A DNA stretch of 28,169 nt from Cytophagaceae bacterium (lineage in GTDB: Bacteria; Bacteroidota; Bacteroidia; Cytophagales; Cytophagaceae): the NCBI GenBank assembly GCA_036562325.1, contig DATCKK010000305.1, forward strand, positions 1 to 28,169, read 5' to 3'. The position numbers were made by a program, and so were the translations under genes. Shown here one piece after another: positions 10,001-18,612 of the stretch (position 1 is the first letter of the stretch; every line of letters starts with the position of its first letter). Under the pieces are notes generated by a model. It had not been told where the DNA came from. It ran no database searches and saw nothing but the letters and a program-made list of their open reading frames with translations.

Positions 10001-11673
10001 TGATATACGCGGTAATGTTCAATGATAATAATAAAGCGATTGCTTATGGGGAACAAATTCCTGAGTTATTGGAACACATAGCCGGTATCTATACCGTTCC
10101 CTTATGGAACTTCTATTATGGAATTGCTCTTGCAGAGCAAAACAAGGAAAGTGAAACTGTGAATCAATTCCTTTCCGAACTTGAACACCGGGCAACGTTT
10201 GCTCCTGAAAATTACAAGCACAAATATCTGTTGTTGTCAGCAATTGTAAAAGCACAGCGAGAATTTATCCCGAAAGAATTTGAAGAAAGTTGTGAGATTG
10301 CTGAAAAATCCGGAATAGCTATAGAAGCAGCATTTGCATATGAAAAGTTCGGAGATTATTTATTACTCAATCATAAAGACACTTATGCCTCAGGAGCATT
10401 CGTAAAAAGTATTAAATATTACACACAATGCGGTGCTGAAAATAAAGTAAAAGCGATTACTGAAAAGATCAGAAAAATAACCGGCACCATTGGCCTGTAC
10501 TCTTCCAACGATCTCTACATGTCTGCCATAAACGAGATCAACAAAACCATACTTCAGGAAATCTCTATCGATGCTCTGGTACAAAAACTTCTAACCCTTA
10601 CCATCAAAACCACAGGAGCAAATCGGGCATTGCTACTATTGAATAAAGACGAACTGTATCTGGCAGGAGAAGCTTTGGAAAAAGAATACATAGCGCATGA
10701 CATACTTTTCAGTGAGTATAAGAATTATCCGAATGAGTTTATTCGATGGGCCATATATACCGGAGAAGCAAATGCTTGGTATCATGACCAAAGTTCCATT
10801 CTAAGAGGTGAAGATTATTTTCTTTCCGCAAAAATAAAATCGGCGTATGTACAACCGTTGAAAGTGGAAAATAAAGTAATCGGCGTACTTTATATGGAAA
10901 GTGATAAAGCTTCTTTATTTTCCGATTTATCCCTGAGGATATTAAAACCATCGGTGATACAAATTGCTATCAGTATTAACAACGCCTTGCTATACGATGC
11001 TCTTCAGAAAAAAGAAAGAGCGTTAGCTAAAACTGTAGAAGAAAAAGAACAATTGCTTTCCCAACTTTCCACTACTAAGCGGCAAAACATATTGAATATA
11101 ATGCATGTGGAAGAAACGGAAAAACAGCAATTGGCCAGAGAACTTCATGATAACCTCGGGCAACAAATGGCAGCATTGAAATTGATGGTTCAGAATACTA
11201 CTTCCAACCATTCCGAACGCGTTCTTCAACTTATTGATGATATAGCTTCAGGATTAAGGAAAGTAGCCCATAACATGATGCCTAAAACCCTTGAAGAATT
11301 TGGACTGGCTGAAGCCATAGAGACGCTTGTTGAACCCATTTCCAATAGCACACTTAATATCGAATTTGATTATTTCGGAGAAAAAAGAAACAGGCTTCCT
11401 TTGGCTTTGGAACGAGCATTATACAGAATTACTCAGGAACTAATTTCCAATATTATTAAACATTCCGGTGCTACGGAAGCCTACATTCAACTTACCATTA
11501 ATGAAAACATAATACGACTGCTGATAGAAGATAATGGAAAAGGCATAGGAACTACCCGGGAAGGAATAGGATTGTTAAATATAAAAACCCGTATAGAAGC
11601 ATTTGGAGGAGAATTTTCTATGGATAACATAGAGCCTCAAGGTACACTTTCAAGCATAATAATTAATAGATAA
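7081..11673 (+). CDS. Soluble multidomain sensor: degenerate Ser/Thr-kinase C-lobe + AAA/STAND ATPase + helical region + GAF + HisKA_3/HATPase_c histidine kinase (HstK-like architecture)
   Basis: Kinase remnants RYIKPSN, IAPEETG, FYRLGIVLYHLTTGQYPF and DRYQS. Walker A GEPGIGKT (7720-7743), Walker B ILFADDLQWAD, TFGNPYF. GAF ...VIGVLYMES...QIAISINNALLY. HisKA_3 EKQQLARELHDNLGQ (His at 11146-11148). HATPase ELISNIIKHSGA, IEDNGKG, GIGLLNIKTR. No obvious membrane-spanning sensor region. Confidence 0.9.
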   Translation: MSIPKTQTPLTFHFSIEFINSFIGCLEELSSRKPGFRYIKPSNFKYEGNNITFSPIDLQEDPQCIAPEETGLLTDIPDLRAGFYRLGIVLYHLTTGQYPFYSQSPQDLVYIQVTKDPKPAKELNSKTPSALSLTIAKLLEKKPADRYQSYEGLIEDFREIADNPDIKNFVPAQKDTPSQLYFSNLLYGRGAELQQLTSALIESIKQKGIILISGEPGIGKTSIALSAFTHIVNDKALTATGKFEQLKRDAPYSGFSNIITSLIRAVVANGHDAIDSFKKDLFKACPNEINYLSLLCPEFEKIGGPIDKELNPTIIKPVLETALKAFLKTLSNRYHLILFADDLQWADPASIDLLSFITQESDINCSIIGAYRVNELSSFIATKIDSLRTNGFVQKEINLQRLKSQDLLEWIKDLTLLNTADSKILTDFIEKRTFGNPYFFRQFLQALEQHQCLIYTKGKWNFDIEKAELLDLPTDATALLLLQVNSLTEYEKQVLMAASVFGSVFNITLLKKLIEEADNLNEALHHCEQLSFIYPVYNNKNNDTITYKFAHDHLRNVFYTLMSNEQRERFHFKAGKHLEEIKVPVFEIADQYNNAPSYFNTSELRSQLATIGLEAGTKAIKNGAPQAALNYLNNADNLLSDDEWDSYYDLKLSIMMSKAEAEYLNSEYELMEAHCYQIIEHNPSAKHLLKIKELLILGFIAQGKMQEAINYGLETLASLGVSIPYSANKEDVEREFEHISKMINSKGPSEILNLPEITNWEMEAALRIVMHTGSAAYFVAQDIYPLLALKQVELSLIYGNSEVSVDAYTTYGLLLSAYAGDLAGGYAFGPLGIALREKLNAFHMEAKTANIFNGFIQHTKDPIEKTIEPLKSGFAAGMETGDIEYACYCLTFLFIHQLHTSSNYATIKPEQEKWLQVMKKLKNDQTLEMALPWHHLLLSLSSAEFDRQIAENYILQLKEGDNFIGKAYAIIAGLIYAVMFNDNNKAIAYGEQIPELLEHIAGIYTVPLWNFYYGIALAEQNKESETVNQFLSELEHRATFAPENYKHKYLLLSAIVKAQREFIPKEFEESCEIAEKSGIAIEAAFAYEKFGDYLLLNHKDTYASGAFVKSIKYYTQCGAENKVKAITEKIRKITGTIGLYSSNDLYMSAINEINKTILQEISIDALVQKLLTLTIKTTGANRALLLLNKDELYLAGEALEKEYIAHDILFSEYKNYPNEFIRWAIYTGEANAWYHDQSSILRGEDYFLSAKIKSAYVQPLKVENKVIGVLYMESDKASLFSDLSLRILKPSVIQIAISINNALLYDALQKKERALAKTVEEKEQLLSQLSTTKRQNILNIMHVEETEKQQLARELHDNLGQQMAALKLMVQNTTSNHSERVLQLIDDIASGLRKVAHNMMPKTLEEFGLAEAIETLVEPISNSTLNIEFDYFGEKRNRLPLALERALYRITQELISNIIKHSGATEAYIQLTINENIIRLLIEDNGKGIGTTREGIGLLNIKTRIEAFGGEFSMDNIEPQGTLSSIIINR

Positions 11674-12320
11674 TGAAAACAATAAAAGTAGTCATTGCAG
11701 ACGATCATCAGATAGTAGTAGATGGCCTTGTGGCTATGATAAAAGAAGCAGAAGATATTCAGGTAAGGGGCACTGCCAATAACGGCATTCAATTATTGAA
11801 TCTATTAAAGGAAAATACAGTAGATGTTGCCATTGTAGATATTGAAATGCCTGAAATGAGCGGGATTGACGTGACACGCAAAATCATGGAAGAAAACATC
11901 AATACCAAAGTATTAATCCTATCCATGTATAACGAAACTTCCCTGATCAAGCAATTAAGAATAGTAGGAGCCAAAGGATATATTTTAAAAACCATTAATA
12001 AAAATAACTTACTGGAGGCCATCAGAACCATAGCAGAAGGAAATTTTTATTTTACATCTGAAATATTGACCACCTACAATACACAACTAAACGGATATTT
12101 ACAAAGAGAAGATATTCCGGATATAAATGTACTTACCAATAGAGAGAAAGAGATCCTTCTTTTATTATCCGAAGGATTAACCATTCCGGAGATTAGCGAT
12201 AAATTATGTATAAGCCATAAAACGACAGAAACACATAAATCCAATATGATGAAAAAACTAAAAGTAAACAGTAGTTCTAAACTAATAAGAATAGCTTACA
12301 AATCAGGACTTTGCAAATAA
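11673..12320 (+). CDS. NarL/FixJ-family response regulator (REC + LuxR HTH)
   Basis: IADDHQIV, VAIVDIEMP (phospho-Asp), GYILK, and HTH LTNREKEILLLLSEG..EISDKLCISHKTTETHKSNMMKKL. TAATG 1-bp overlap with the kinase stop. Confidence 0.95.
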   Translation: MKTIKVVIADDHQIVVDGLVAMIKEAEDIQVRGTANNGIQLLNLLKENTVDVAIVDIEMPEMSGIDVTRKIMEENINTKVLILSMYNETSLIKQLRIVGAKGYILKTINKNNLLEAIRTIAEGNFYFTSEILTTYNTQLNGYLQREDIPDINVLTNREKEILLLLSEGLTIPEISDKLCISHKTTETHKSNMMKKLKVNSSSKLIRIAYKSGLCK

Positions 12321-12353
12321 ATCTTTAAAACACAAACATCTCTACGACTCAAT

Positions 12354-12383
12354 TACAAAATACAGTTTTTACTGTATTTTGTA
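12354..12383 (+). terminator. Perfect 13-bp inverted repeat followed by a T-tract (intrinsic terminator, or operator palindrome)
   Basis: TACAAAATACAGT-TTTT-ACTGTATTTTGTA followed by TTCTTTTTTT, 33 nt after the regulator stop. The stem is AT-rich. Confidence 0.55.
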
Positions 12384-12537
12384 TTCTTTTTTTCCAAAAA
12401 TTACTTTTTCAACACCTATACATTCACCCAAAATTTATAATCAAAAAATTACAAGAACTTGCAAGTAGTATTCCGTAAAGGTTAAAACTGCTACTATACT
12501 TTATAAAGTAAATAAACATAAATTAAAATCTAATGTT

Positions 12538-13530
12538 ATGAGATTAAAAAACTACTTACTTTTATTACTTATTTTTTCATCACCCCTGATTACTTACGGA
12601 CAAGTATCTTTTAACCCCGAAGCAGTAGTCGGTTCAGACTCTAAGCTTTCCAGAACAGGAAATCTGGATGGAGATGGTAAACCTGATCTGGTATCAGGAA
12701 GCTATAGTAATGTAAGCGTATTTTTAAACATTTCTACCGATGCGCAAATTACTTCCGGGACATTTGCCAATCCGTTACAATTATCTAATAAATTCCCCTG
12801 CTGGCAGAGAAGTTTGGTATAGAAATGAAACTTATGAGATCAAATGGGCCAGCAGCAGATCAGTCAATGTTAAATTGGAATATAGTACCAATGGAGGTTC
12901 TAGCTGGTCAACAATTGCAGCTTCTGTTGTTGCATCTAATGGAACTTATTCATGGACACTATAGCATAAATGGCAGGCTGGTCTACAGAGGAAATTTTAA
13001 TTAAACCATTGTTGCTTACTGCTATATTATTAGGTACGCCCGGAAGCAATATAACGATTACGTATGAAGTTAATGAATCTACTAAATTAAGCTTTGAATA
13101 CTCCATCGATGGTGGTACAAATTGGGAAATTATAGATAGCTGGGTAAATGTCAACAATGGCCAATACACCTGGAAAGTACCTGATGTAAACTCAACCAAT
13201 TGCTTATTACGACTGTCTGACAGTTATAATAGCAGTATATTCGGTATCAGCGATGGCGAATTTACTATCTCTGCCATAACAGAGACAGATACCCCTACAA
13301 ATGAAATACTAAACGTCTTCCCTAACCCTTCAGACAATGTTATTTCAATAAACTTTGCAAGGCAAAGAGAATATGAATTGGTAGATTGGGAAGGCAATAT
13401 AATTTTCAGTGGCAAAACAAACAGCGGTACCGTTGAAAAGATAAACACCCTTGGTATTCATCCGGGTGTTTATATACTCAGACTGAAATCAGACAATAGT
13501 ATTCATACAACCAAAATAATTATTAAATAA
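12538..13530 (+). pseudogene. Fragmented T9SS-secreted protein: signal peptide + one FG-GAP/VCBS repeat + two Ig-like (SPxGGE...YSxDGGxxW type) repeats + T9SS CTD
   Basis: Three consecutive ORF pieces in alternating frames. 12538-12822: signal peptide, GNLDGDGKPDLV..VSVFLN. About 12782-12964: INSPAGREVW..YEIKW..LEYSTNGGSSW..GTYSWT, then stop. 12970-13530: FEYSIDGGTNW..GQYTWKVPD..C.LR.SD, VFPNP..GVYILRL..KIIIK. The last piece has no signal peptide. Confidence 0.75.
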
Positions 13531-13536
13531 ACTATC

Positions 13537-13575
13537 AACTTTCTTTGTTCCCATCCAGTAAGAACAAAGAAAGTT
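13537..13575. terminator. Probable bidirectional terminator between convergent transcription units
   Basis: Perfect 14-bp inverted repeat AACTTTCTTTGTTC (13537-13550) / GAACAAAGAAAGTT (13562-13575) with an 11-nt loop, between the stops at 13530 (+) and 13647 (-). Confidence 0.7.
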
Positions 13576-13646
13576 ATTATTTTCATTTTTAAATCCCATT
13601 GTTTCCAGTGAGACAATGGGATTTATTATTCACACTTTCTACTAAC

Positions 13647-14867
13647 TCAAAGTTTTCGAATTTTCTGACTACCTGCATTAAAACTACCAGAATGAGGTGT
13701 ATGAATGTATTTTGCATTAGCCCCTTTCAATTTGAAAAAGTTAAGAAACATAATCAACATTGCTCTTGGCACCTCTATTATAGCGCTCAATGTTTCTTTA
13801 GTATAAAATCGGGATGGTATAGCCAATAAAAATGTTACCGTATGTATCAGCAAAAGAGAAACCCACAATGCAGTAGACGGATAAGCGCTTATGCCTGTAA
13901 TAATATTAAATAATACAGCTAAAATACAAGTAACCAATACAACAGCCATCAACATTACTCTCGGCACTAAAGTGAACTGAAGTACCTTGTTAAACATATC
14001 AATATTCCCGTATAGGAATAAATGTTTGAATGATGCAAAAAAATACCTTCGAAGGTAAACCAACTGAGCAGAGATCCATCTCCTTCTTTGCTTCTCAAAC
14101 ACTTCTGCATTCTCAACTTTTTCATCGTAAACCATAGCATCTTCTACGTACTCAATGGTTACTTTATCGCGATTAAGCTTTACTTCCAATTCTTTATCAA
14201 ATCCTCCGACTGCATGGACAGTACTCATAACTTTTTTAAAATAACTATATTCAAAGGCCATACCCGAACCAATAAGCCCGGAACTGAATCCAAGCACACG
14301 ATGCCCTTTTCTATAAATATGATTATTTACTTCTTCACTTATCGCATCAAGTATCGCAAACTTGGTATTGATATTTTTTGCAACGCGATGTCCCTGAAGC
14401 GCCTTACAGTGGGTAGCCAGGATCACCTTATTCATCTTGCTTAAAAAAGCAGGTTCCATTATGTTATCCGCATCCAGAATAAGTGCATAATCATACTGCT
14501 CCGGCAAAACCTTCATCGCCTGATTCAGCGATTTAGCTTTGGTACTCACCTCAAAACTAACATTAATAATCCTTATCGGAAGGTCTGCAAGTTTATTTAA
14601 AGTAGCTTCTTTCAATGAGTCGGCTATAACAATTACTTCAAAAAAGTCTTTAGGATAATCCTGCTTAAGAGCCTCTTCGGCAGACTGTATAATCACCCCA
14701 TCTTCTTTATAAGAAGGAATAAACACGGCAAACTTTTTATAGCCGGGAACTTCTTCCACTTTTTTCAGTCTCCCTATTCGTCCGGCCAGAGAATAGATAA
14801 ATCCGTACAAGACACAAAATAGCAGGTATAAAAACAATCCCAATAACAGTATATGTACAATGATCAT
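13647..14867 (-). CDS. Membrane-anchored GT2 glycosyltransferase (CESA/PgaC-like motif set)
   Basis: N-terminal TM, FIPSYKE, VIADS, LDADN, GFDKEL, QRRRW and two C-terminal TM segments. ATGA overlap with the upstream gene. Confidence 0.88.
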   Translation of the reverse strand: MIIVHILLLGLFLYLLFCVLYGFIYSLAGRIGRLKKVEEVPGYKKFAVFIPSYKEDGVIIQSAEEALKQDYPKDFFEVIVIADSLKEATLNKLADLPIRIINVSFEVSTKAKSLNQAMKVLPEQYDYALILDADNIMEPAFLSKMNKVILATHCKALQGHRVAKNINTKFAILDAISEEVNNHIYRKGHRVLGFSSGLIGSGMAFEYSYFKKVMSTVHAVGGFDKELEVKLNRDKVTIEYVEDAMVYDEKVENAEVFEKQRRRWISAQLVYLRRYFFASFKHLFLYGNIDMFNKVLQFTLVPRVMLMAVVLVTCILAVLFNIITGISAYPSTALWVSLLLIHTVTFLLAIPSRFYTKETLSAIIEVPRAMLIMFLNFFKLKGANAKYIHTPHSGSFNAGSQKIRKL

Positions 14868-15790
14868 AATTGCGTAATTTTAATTGAAGGATTTTCGTGA
14901 ATATCTTTATTTACCCAGTTCCAGGTGTAACCTTTATAAAAAGCCTTTAACAAGTCAAACCGTTTTTGCAGCAAATATTTAAAAGTATTTTTTGGTACAG
15001 AAGCCAAAGAAAAAAACAACATGGAAGAAAGCAACTTTAATCCTTTTACATTCCTTCGCATAAACACCAGACGATTTCGTGTCATATAGTAAACTTTTAC
15101 AGGATTTTCCTTTCCTATCGTCATTGACTCTTTATGATAGACTACCGAAGCACCAACGTACCATATAGTATATCCTGCCCGCTTTATCCTTTCACAGAAG
15201 TCCAGTTCTTCATAATACAAGAAATAGATATCAGCCATCATTCCAATATTTTCTATCACCTTTCTTGATACCATCATAGCTGCTCCATGAGTAAAAGGCG
15301 TAGGTGAACAAAAGTTATATTGCCCCTTATCCTTTTCATTTTTACCAACAAAAGAACCTCTTCCAGTATAAGGATTTATTGATTCGCCACCTGCATATTG
15401 TATGGTATCTTTCGAGTGATAATAAATGATCTTTGACCCTACGGCCCCAATCTTATCATCAGACTCCATCTTTTCTACCAATGGCTCCAGGAAACCGGCA
15501 TCCACCTCTGTATCATTATTGAGCATTAAAAAATATTTACCTCGTGCATTGATAAAACCAAGGTTATTACCACCGGCAAAACCAAGATTTTTATCACTAC
15601 AGATAAGATTTACAAAAGGGTATTGGTCTTTAATAATGTTAGGAGATTCCAGAGATGCGTTATCAACCACCAATATTTCCAGATTAGGATAAGTTACATG
15701 CTTTAGTGATTCCAACAACTCACAGGTTACCTTTGCATTATTATAATTAATAGTGATAATAGAAACCAAAGGGTATACTTCTTTTTTCAT
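14864..15790 (-). CDS. GT2 glycosyltransferase (GT2-like-C type)
   Basis: VSIITINYN, VVDNAS, NLGFAGGNN, LNNDT, HGAAMM, FLYYEELDFC, VYHKES. Confidence 0.9.
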   Translation of the reverse strand: MKKEVYPLVSIITINYNNAKVTCELLESLKHVTYPNLEILVVDNASLESPNIIKDQYPFVNLICSDKNLGFAGGNNLGFINARGKYFLMLNNDTEVDAGFLEPLVEKMESDDKIGAVGSKIIYYHSKDTIQYAGGESINPYTGRGSFVGKNEKDKGQYNFCSPTPFTHGAAMMVSRKVIENIGMMADIYFLYYEELDFCERIKRAGYTIWYVGASVVYHKESMTIGKENPVKVYYMTRNRLVFMRRNVKGLKLLSSMLFFSLASVPKNTFKYLLQKRFDLLKAFYKGYTWNWVNKDIHENPSIKITQL

Positions 15791-15847
15791 CTTATTTAGA
15801 TAAGTAGTTGTCTGCTTTAATTAATAAGATGAATTCGGCAACTTTTG

Positions 15848-17281
15848 TTATTGCCTTAGGGAAGTGTTTTTTTCTTCATCCATAGCGGGGCCCAAAAAAA
15901 GAAAAGCAAGACTGATATAAAAACAAACAATGGTAGGCATTTGGCCAATCACCTGATTACCATAACTGGCGACAGCAATACCAAACACACCTGAATATAA
16001 TGCGATAAGCTTTTGTTTCAGATAGACATCCCTGATATTATTGATTTTCACATAGGCAATGGCTAACACTGCCAAAATAAAAAGTATATACAAAGACAAT
16101 CCTACTATGCCCATTTCGGCCCATATACGAACATACCAGCTATCAGTCGGAGTTTTTGCTAAAAATGTACCAGGACTAAATCGTTCTCCCCAATAACCTG
16201 CTGTACCAATTCCACCACCTATAGGACGCGTAGCAAGATACTCTCTGAATTTTCTTTGATTCTCCAATCGCACCTGAAAAGATGGATCTTCAGGATCAAG
16301 CGCACTTCTCATACGTTGTATTTCATATACACCCTGCCCTACATAGGTATATTTAAGCAGATAAAAACACGATCCTAAAAAAACAAGTCCCAGAATAAGT
16401 ACTTTAAAATTCTTACTCAATAATAAATAAAAAAATATACCTGAGAATACAAACATAGCCCCTCTGGTACCTGAGATGGCCATTCCATAAAAACATATAA
16501 GAGCTGCACCAAAGTAATATAGCTTTTTAAGTAGTGTATTTGTCTTTAATCCAACTATGGCTCCTACTACGGTTGAAAATGCCATAAATGCACCAAACTG
16601 TCCTGCATCGGAATAAAAAGAAAATACTCTCAGCTTACCAAAAAGCAAATGCGTTTCGGCAGCACCAGCCGCCAGCCAGGCAGTTTCTACTGCATCCAAA
16701 CCTATATGTAATTGTTTGGCTCCATATAAAGCACTAATTACACTTCCTAATAACCAAACAAAAATAAACTGGTCAAGATCTTTTTCTCTGTAAAAAACCA
16801 AAAAGACCAAAGGAATCACAAATAACATATATAGGGAAACCGACCTCACGGCATAAAACCAGGCTAATCTGCTCACTGCTTCAGGATTAAATAATTCAAG
16901 AACCGTAAACAGAAACCATATAAAGGTCAACACTACCAATACATTATTTAATCGTCCATAGTCCTTTTTGGAGCAATTAAATATTGCCGCCACTAATGTA
17001 AGTAACAATGCAAAGTCTAAGGATAAACCAAGTGGAGCACTTATATACCTGGTAATACCAATGGAAAAAAAACTTACCAGAAGTGCTAAAAAGATACCCA
17101 TTCTTGGCTTTACAAAAATTAAATAGAGTAGAGCAAAAGATACGGGAATAAAAATCAATATTCCTGCTGCCATTAACTTCCCCCAAGCTATAAATATGCC
17201 AACTCCTAAGGCTACAATTGCAAGTAAAAGGGTTATTAATAATAACTTGCCAATGTATTGAATGGAAACGATATACCTCAT
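15848..17281 (-). CDS. O-antigen ligase-like / Wzy-type polymerase membrane protein (Wzy_C)
   Basis: About 11-12 hydrophobic segments, ISGTRGA, a periplasmic loop with RLEN...RPIGGGIG, and AEMGIVG. It lies in a cluster with Wzx and Wzc-like genes. Confidence 0.8.
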   Translation of the reverse strand: MRYIVSIQYIGKLLLITLLLAIVALGVGIFIAWGKLMAAGILIFIPVSFALLYLIFVKPRMGIFLALLVSFFSIGITRYISAPLGLSLDFALLLTLVAAIFNCSKKDYGRLNNVLVVLTFIWFLFTVLELFNPEAVSRLAWFYAVRSVSLYMLFVIPLVFLVFYREKDLDQFIFVWLLGSVISALYGAKQLHIGLDAVETAWLAAGAAETHLLFGKLRVFSFYSDAGQFGAFMAFSTVVGAIVGLKTNTLLKKLYYFGAALICFYGMAISGTRGAMFVFSGIFFYLLLSKNFKVLILGLVFLGSCFYLLKYTYVGQGVYEIQRMRSALDPEDPSFQVRLENQRKFREYLATRPIGGGIGTAGYWGERFSPGTFLAKTPTDSWYVRIWAEMGIVGLSLYILFILAVLAIAYVKINNIRDVYLKQKLIALYSGVFGIAVASYGNQVIGQMPTIVCFYISLAFLFLGPAMDEEKNTSLRQ

Positions 17282-18612
17282 TTCAATATCCCTTTTGATG
17301 GTGCCAGAAAAACCAAAGACTTAGTTTCCTCCCACCCTGCCTTCAATATTCGCTTTAATGAAAAATCGATATTCCTTTTTAAAAAATAAATACCAAATAA
17401 TACGCCGGTGACAAATGTAAAAATAGAAACCATTGCTACCGACCAAACCTCTCCTATAAAATGTATTACCAATAAGTCTCCGCTTAGGTTAACAGCCAAC
17501 ATCATCATAATTTTTTGAAAATTGCGAATGGGTTTATTAATAACATCCAACGTAACACCACTATATCTGTCTATCGCCATAAATCCGGCATATATGGAAA
17601 ATACCCTGAGAATATTGGCAGCTTCGGCATATTCTCTCCCGCCCAACAGCACAACCATTGGCTCGGCGAACACAAAGCAAATCACAACAAAGGGTAATAA
17701 TAAAATAGTAGTGGTACCACTGGTTCTTTCAAAAAATGAAACCAATCCTTTCTCATCGTTTGAATTTACAAGATAAGACAATCGGGGCAGAGCTGTAGCA
17801 ACAAAGCTCCGGAGAGGAATTTCTATAATTTCAAACAACTTAAGCGGCACACTATATATAGCCACAGCTACAGGCCCTAATAAAGCACCTATTAGCAAGG
17901 TATCGGAACTACGAAGCAAATTAGCTCCTATCATTGTTCCCATACTAAACTTTCCAAAATTGAATATCTCCTGAAATTTTTCTTTGGAATAATAAGGTAA
18001 CTGATGTATTCCTGTCCAGTTGAAAACAATGCATAAAACACTGGTAATAATGTTGGATGCCAGAAAGCTATATAAGACAAATTGCAGGCCATAATGGTTA
18101 AAATAATTTATCACCAGCAAAGCAATGAATAATCCCAGCAATATTAACCGGATAAATAAAATTTTTCCGAAAGCGCTTTCTACCTGTAGTTTCCATGTAG
18201 CAAAGTTAAAAGGCAATGTTGCAAGAGAAAATATCCATATCCAATCAATAAATAACTGAAAGCCGACATTAGATATAAATCCTTCCGGAATCAGTAATCC
18301 TAAAAGACTTATCAATGACATGGACAACGAAACTGCTAAGCCTATAACCCAGGCAGTACCTGTTACTTCCTGTACGTATTTCTTGTCCTTTCCTGCTGAA
18401 AATTTGATAAGAGGAGTATGAAGCATACCTGTCCTCAATAAATCCAAAAATGTAACCAGCGTAACAAACAATACCCAACTACCAAATTCTTCTTTAGTCA
18501 ATGACCTGGCCAGTATAGCAAAACTTATAAAACCCAAAGCAGCAGCAGAACCATTGCCCAGTAAAGACAAAACATTATTATTTTGAAATAACTTTTTTAC
18601 TTTATGGATCAT
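17278..18612 (-). CDS. wzx: Oligosaccharide flippase (Wzx/MOP family)
   Basis: LARSLTKEEFG.W, multiple TM segments, DTLLIGALLGPVAVAIYSVPLKL and LLGGREYAEAANILRV, all typical of polysaccharide-synthesis flippases. Confidence 0.88.
   Translation of the reverse strand: MIHKVKKLFQNNNVLSLLGNGSAAALGFISFAILARSLTKEEFGSWVLFVTLVTFLDLLRTGMLHTPLIKFSAGKDKKYVQEVTGTAWVIGLAVSLSMSLISLLGLLIPEGFISNVGFQLFIDWIWIFSLATLPFNFATWKLQVESAFGKILFIRLILLGLFIALLVINYFNHYGLQFVLYSFLASNIITSVLCIVFNWTGIHQLPYYSKEKFQEIFNFGKFSMGTMIGANLLRSSDTLLIGALLGPVAVAIYSVPLKLFEIIEIPLRSFVATALPRLSYLVNSNDEKGLVSFFERTSGTTTILLLPFVVICFVFAEPMVVLLGGREYAEAANILRVFSIYAGFMAIDRYSGVTLDVINKPIRNFQKIMMMLAVNLSGDLLVIHFIGEVWSVAMVSIFTFVTGVLFGIYFLKRNIDFSLKRILKAGWEETKSLVFLAPSKGILK

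Noticed and set aside
7576-10500. STAND domain as an antiphage (Avs-like) defence system
   Set aside because: The output is a His kinase-NarL pair rather than a nuclease, TIR or other effector, and no defence genes are nearby.
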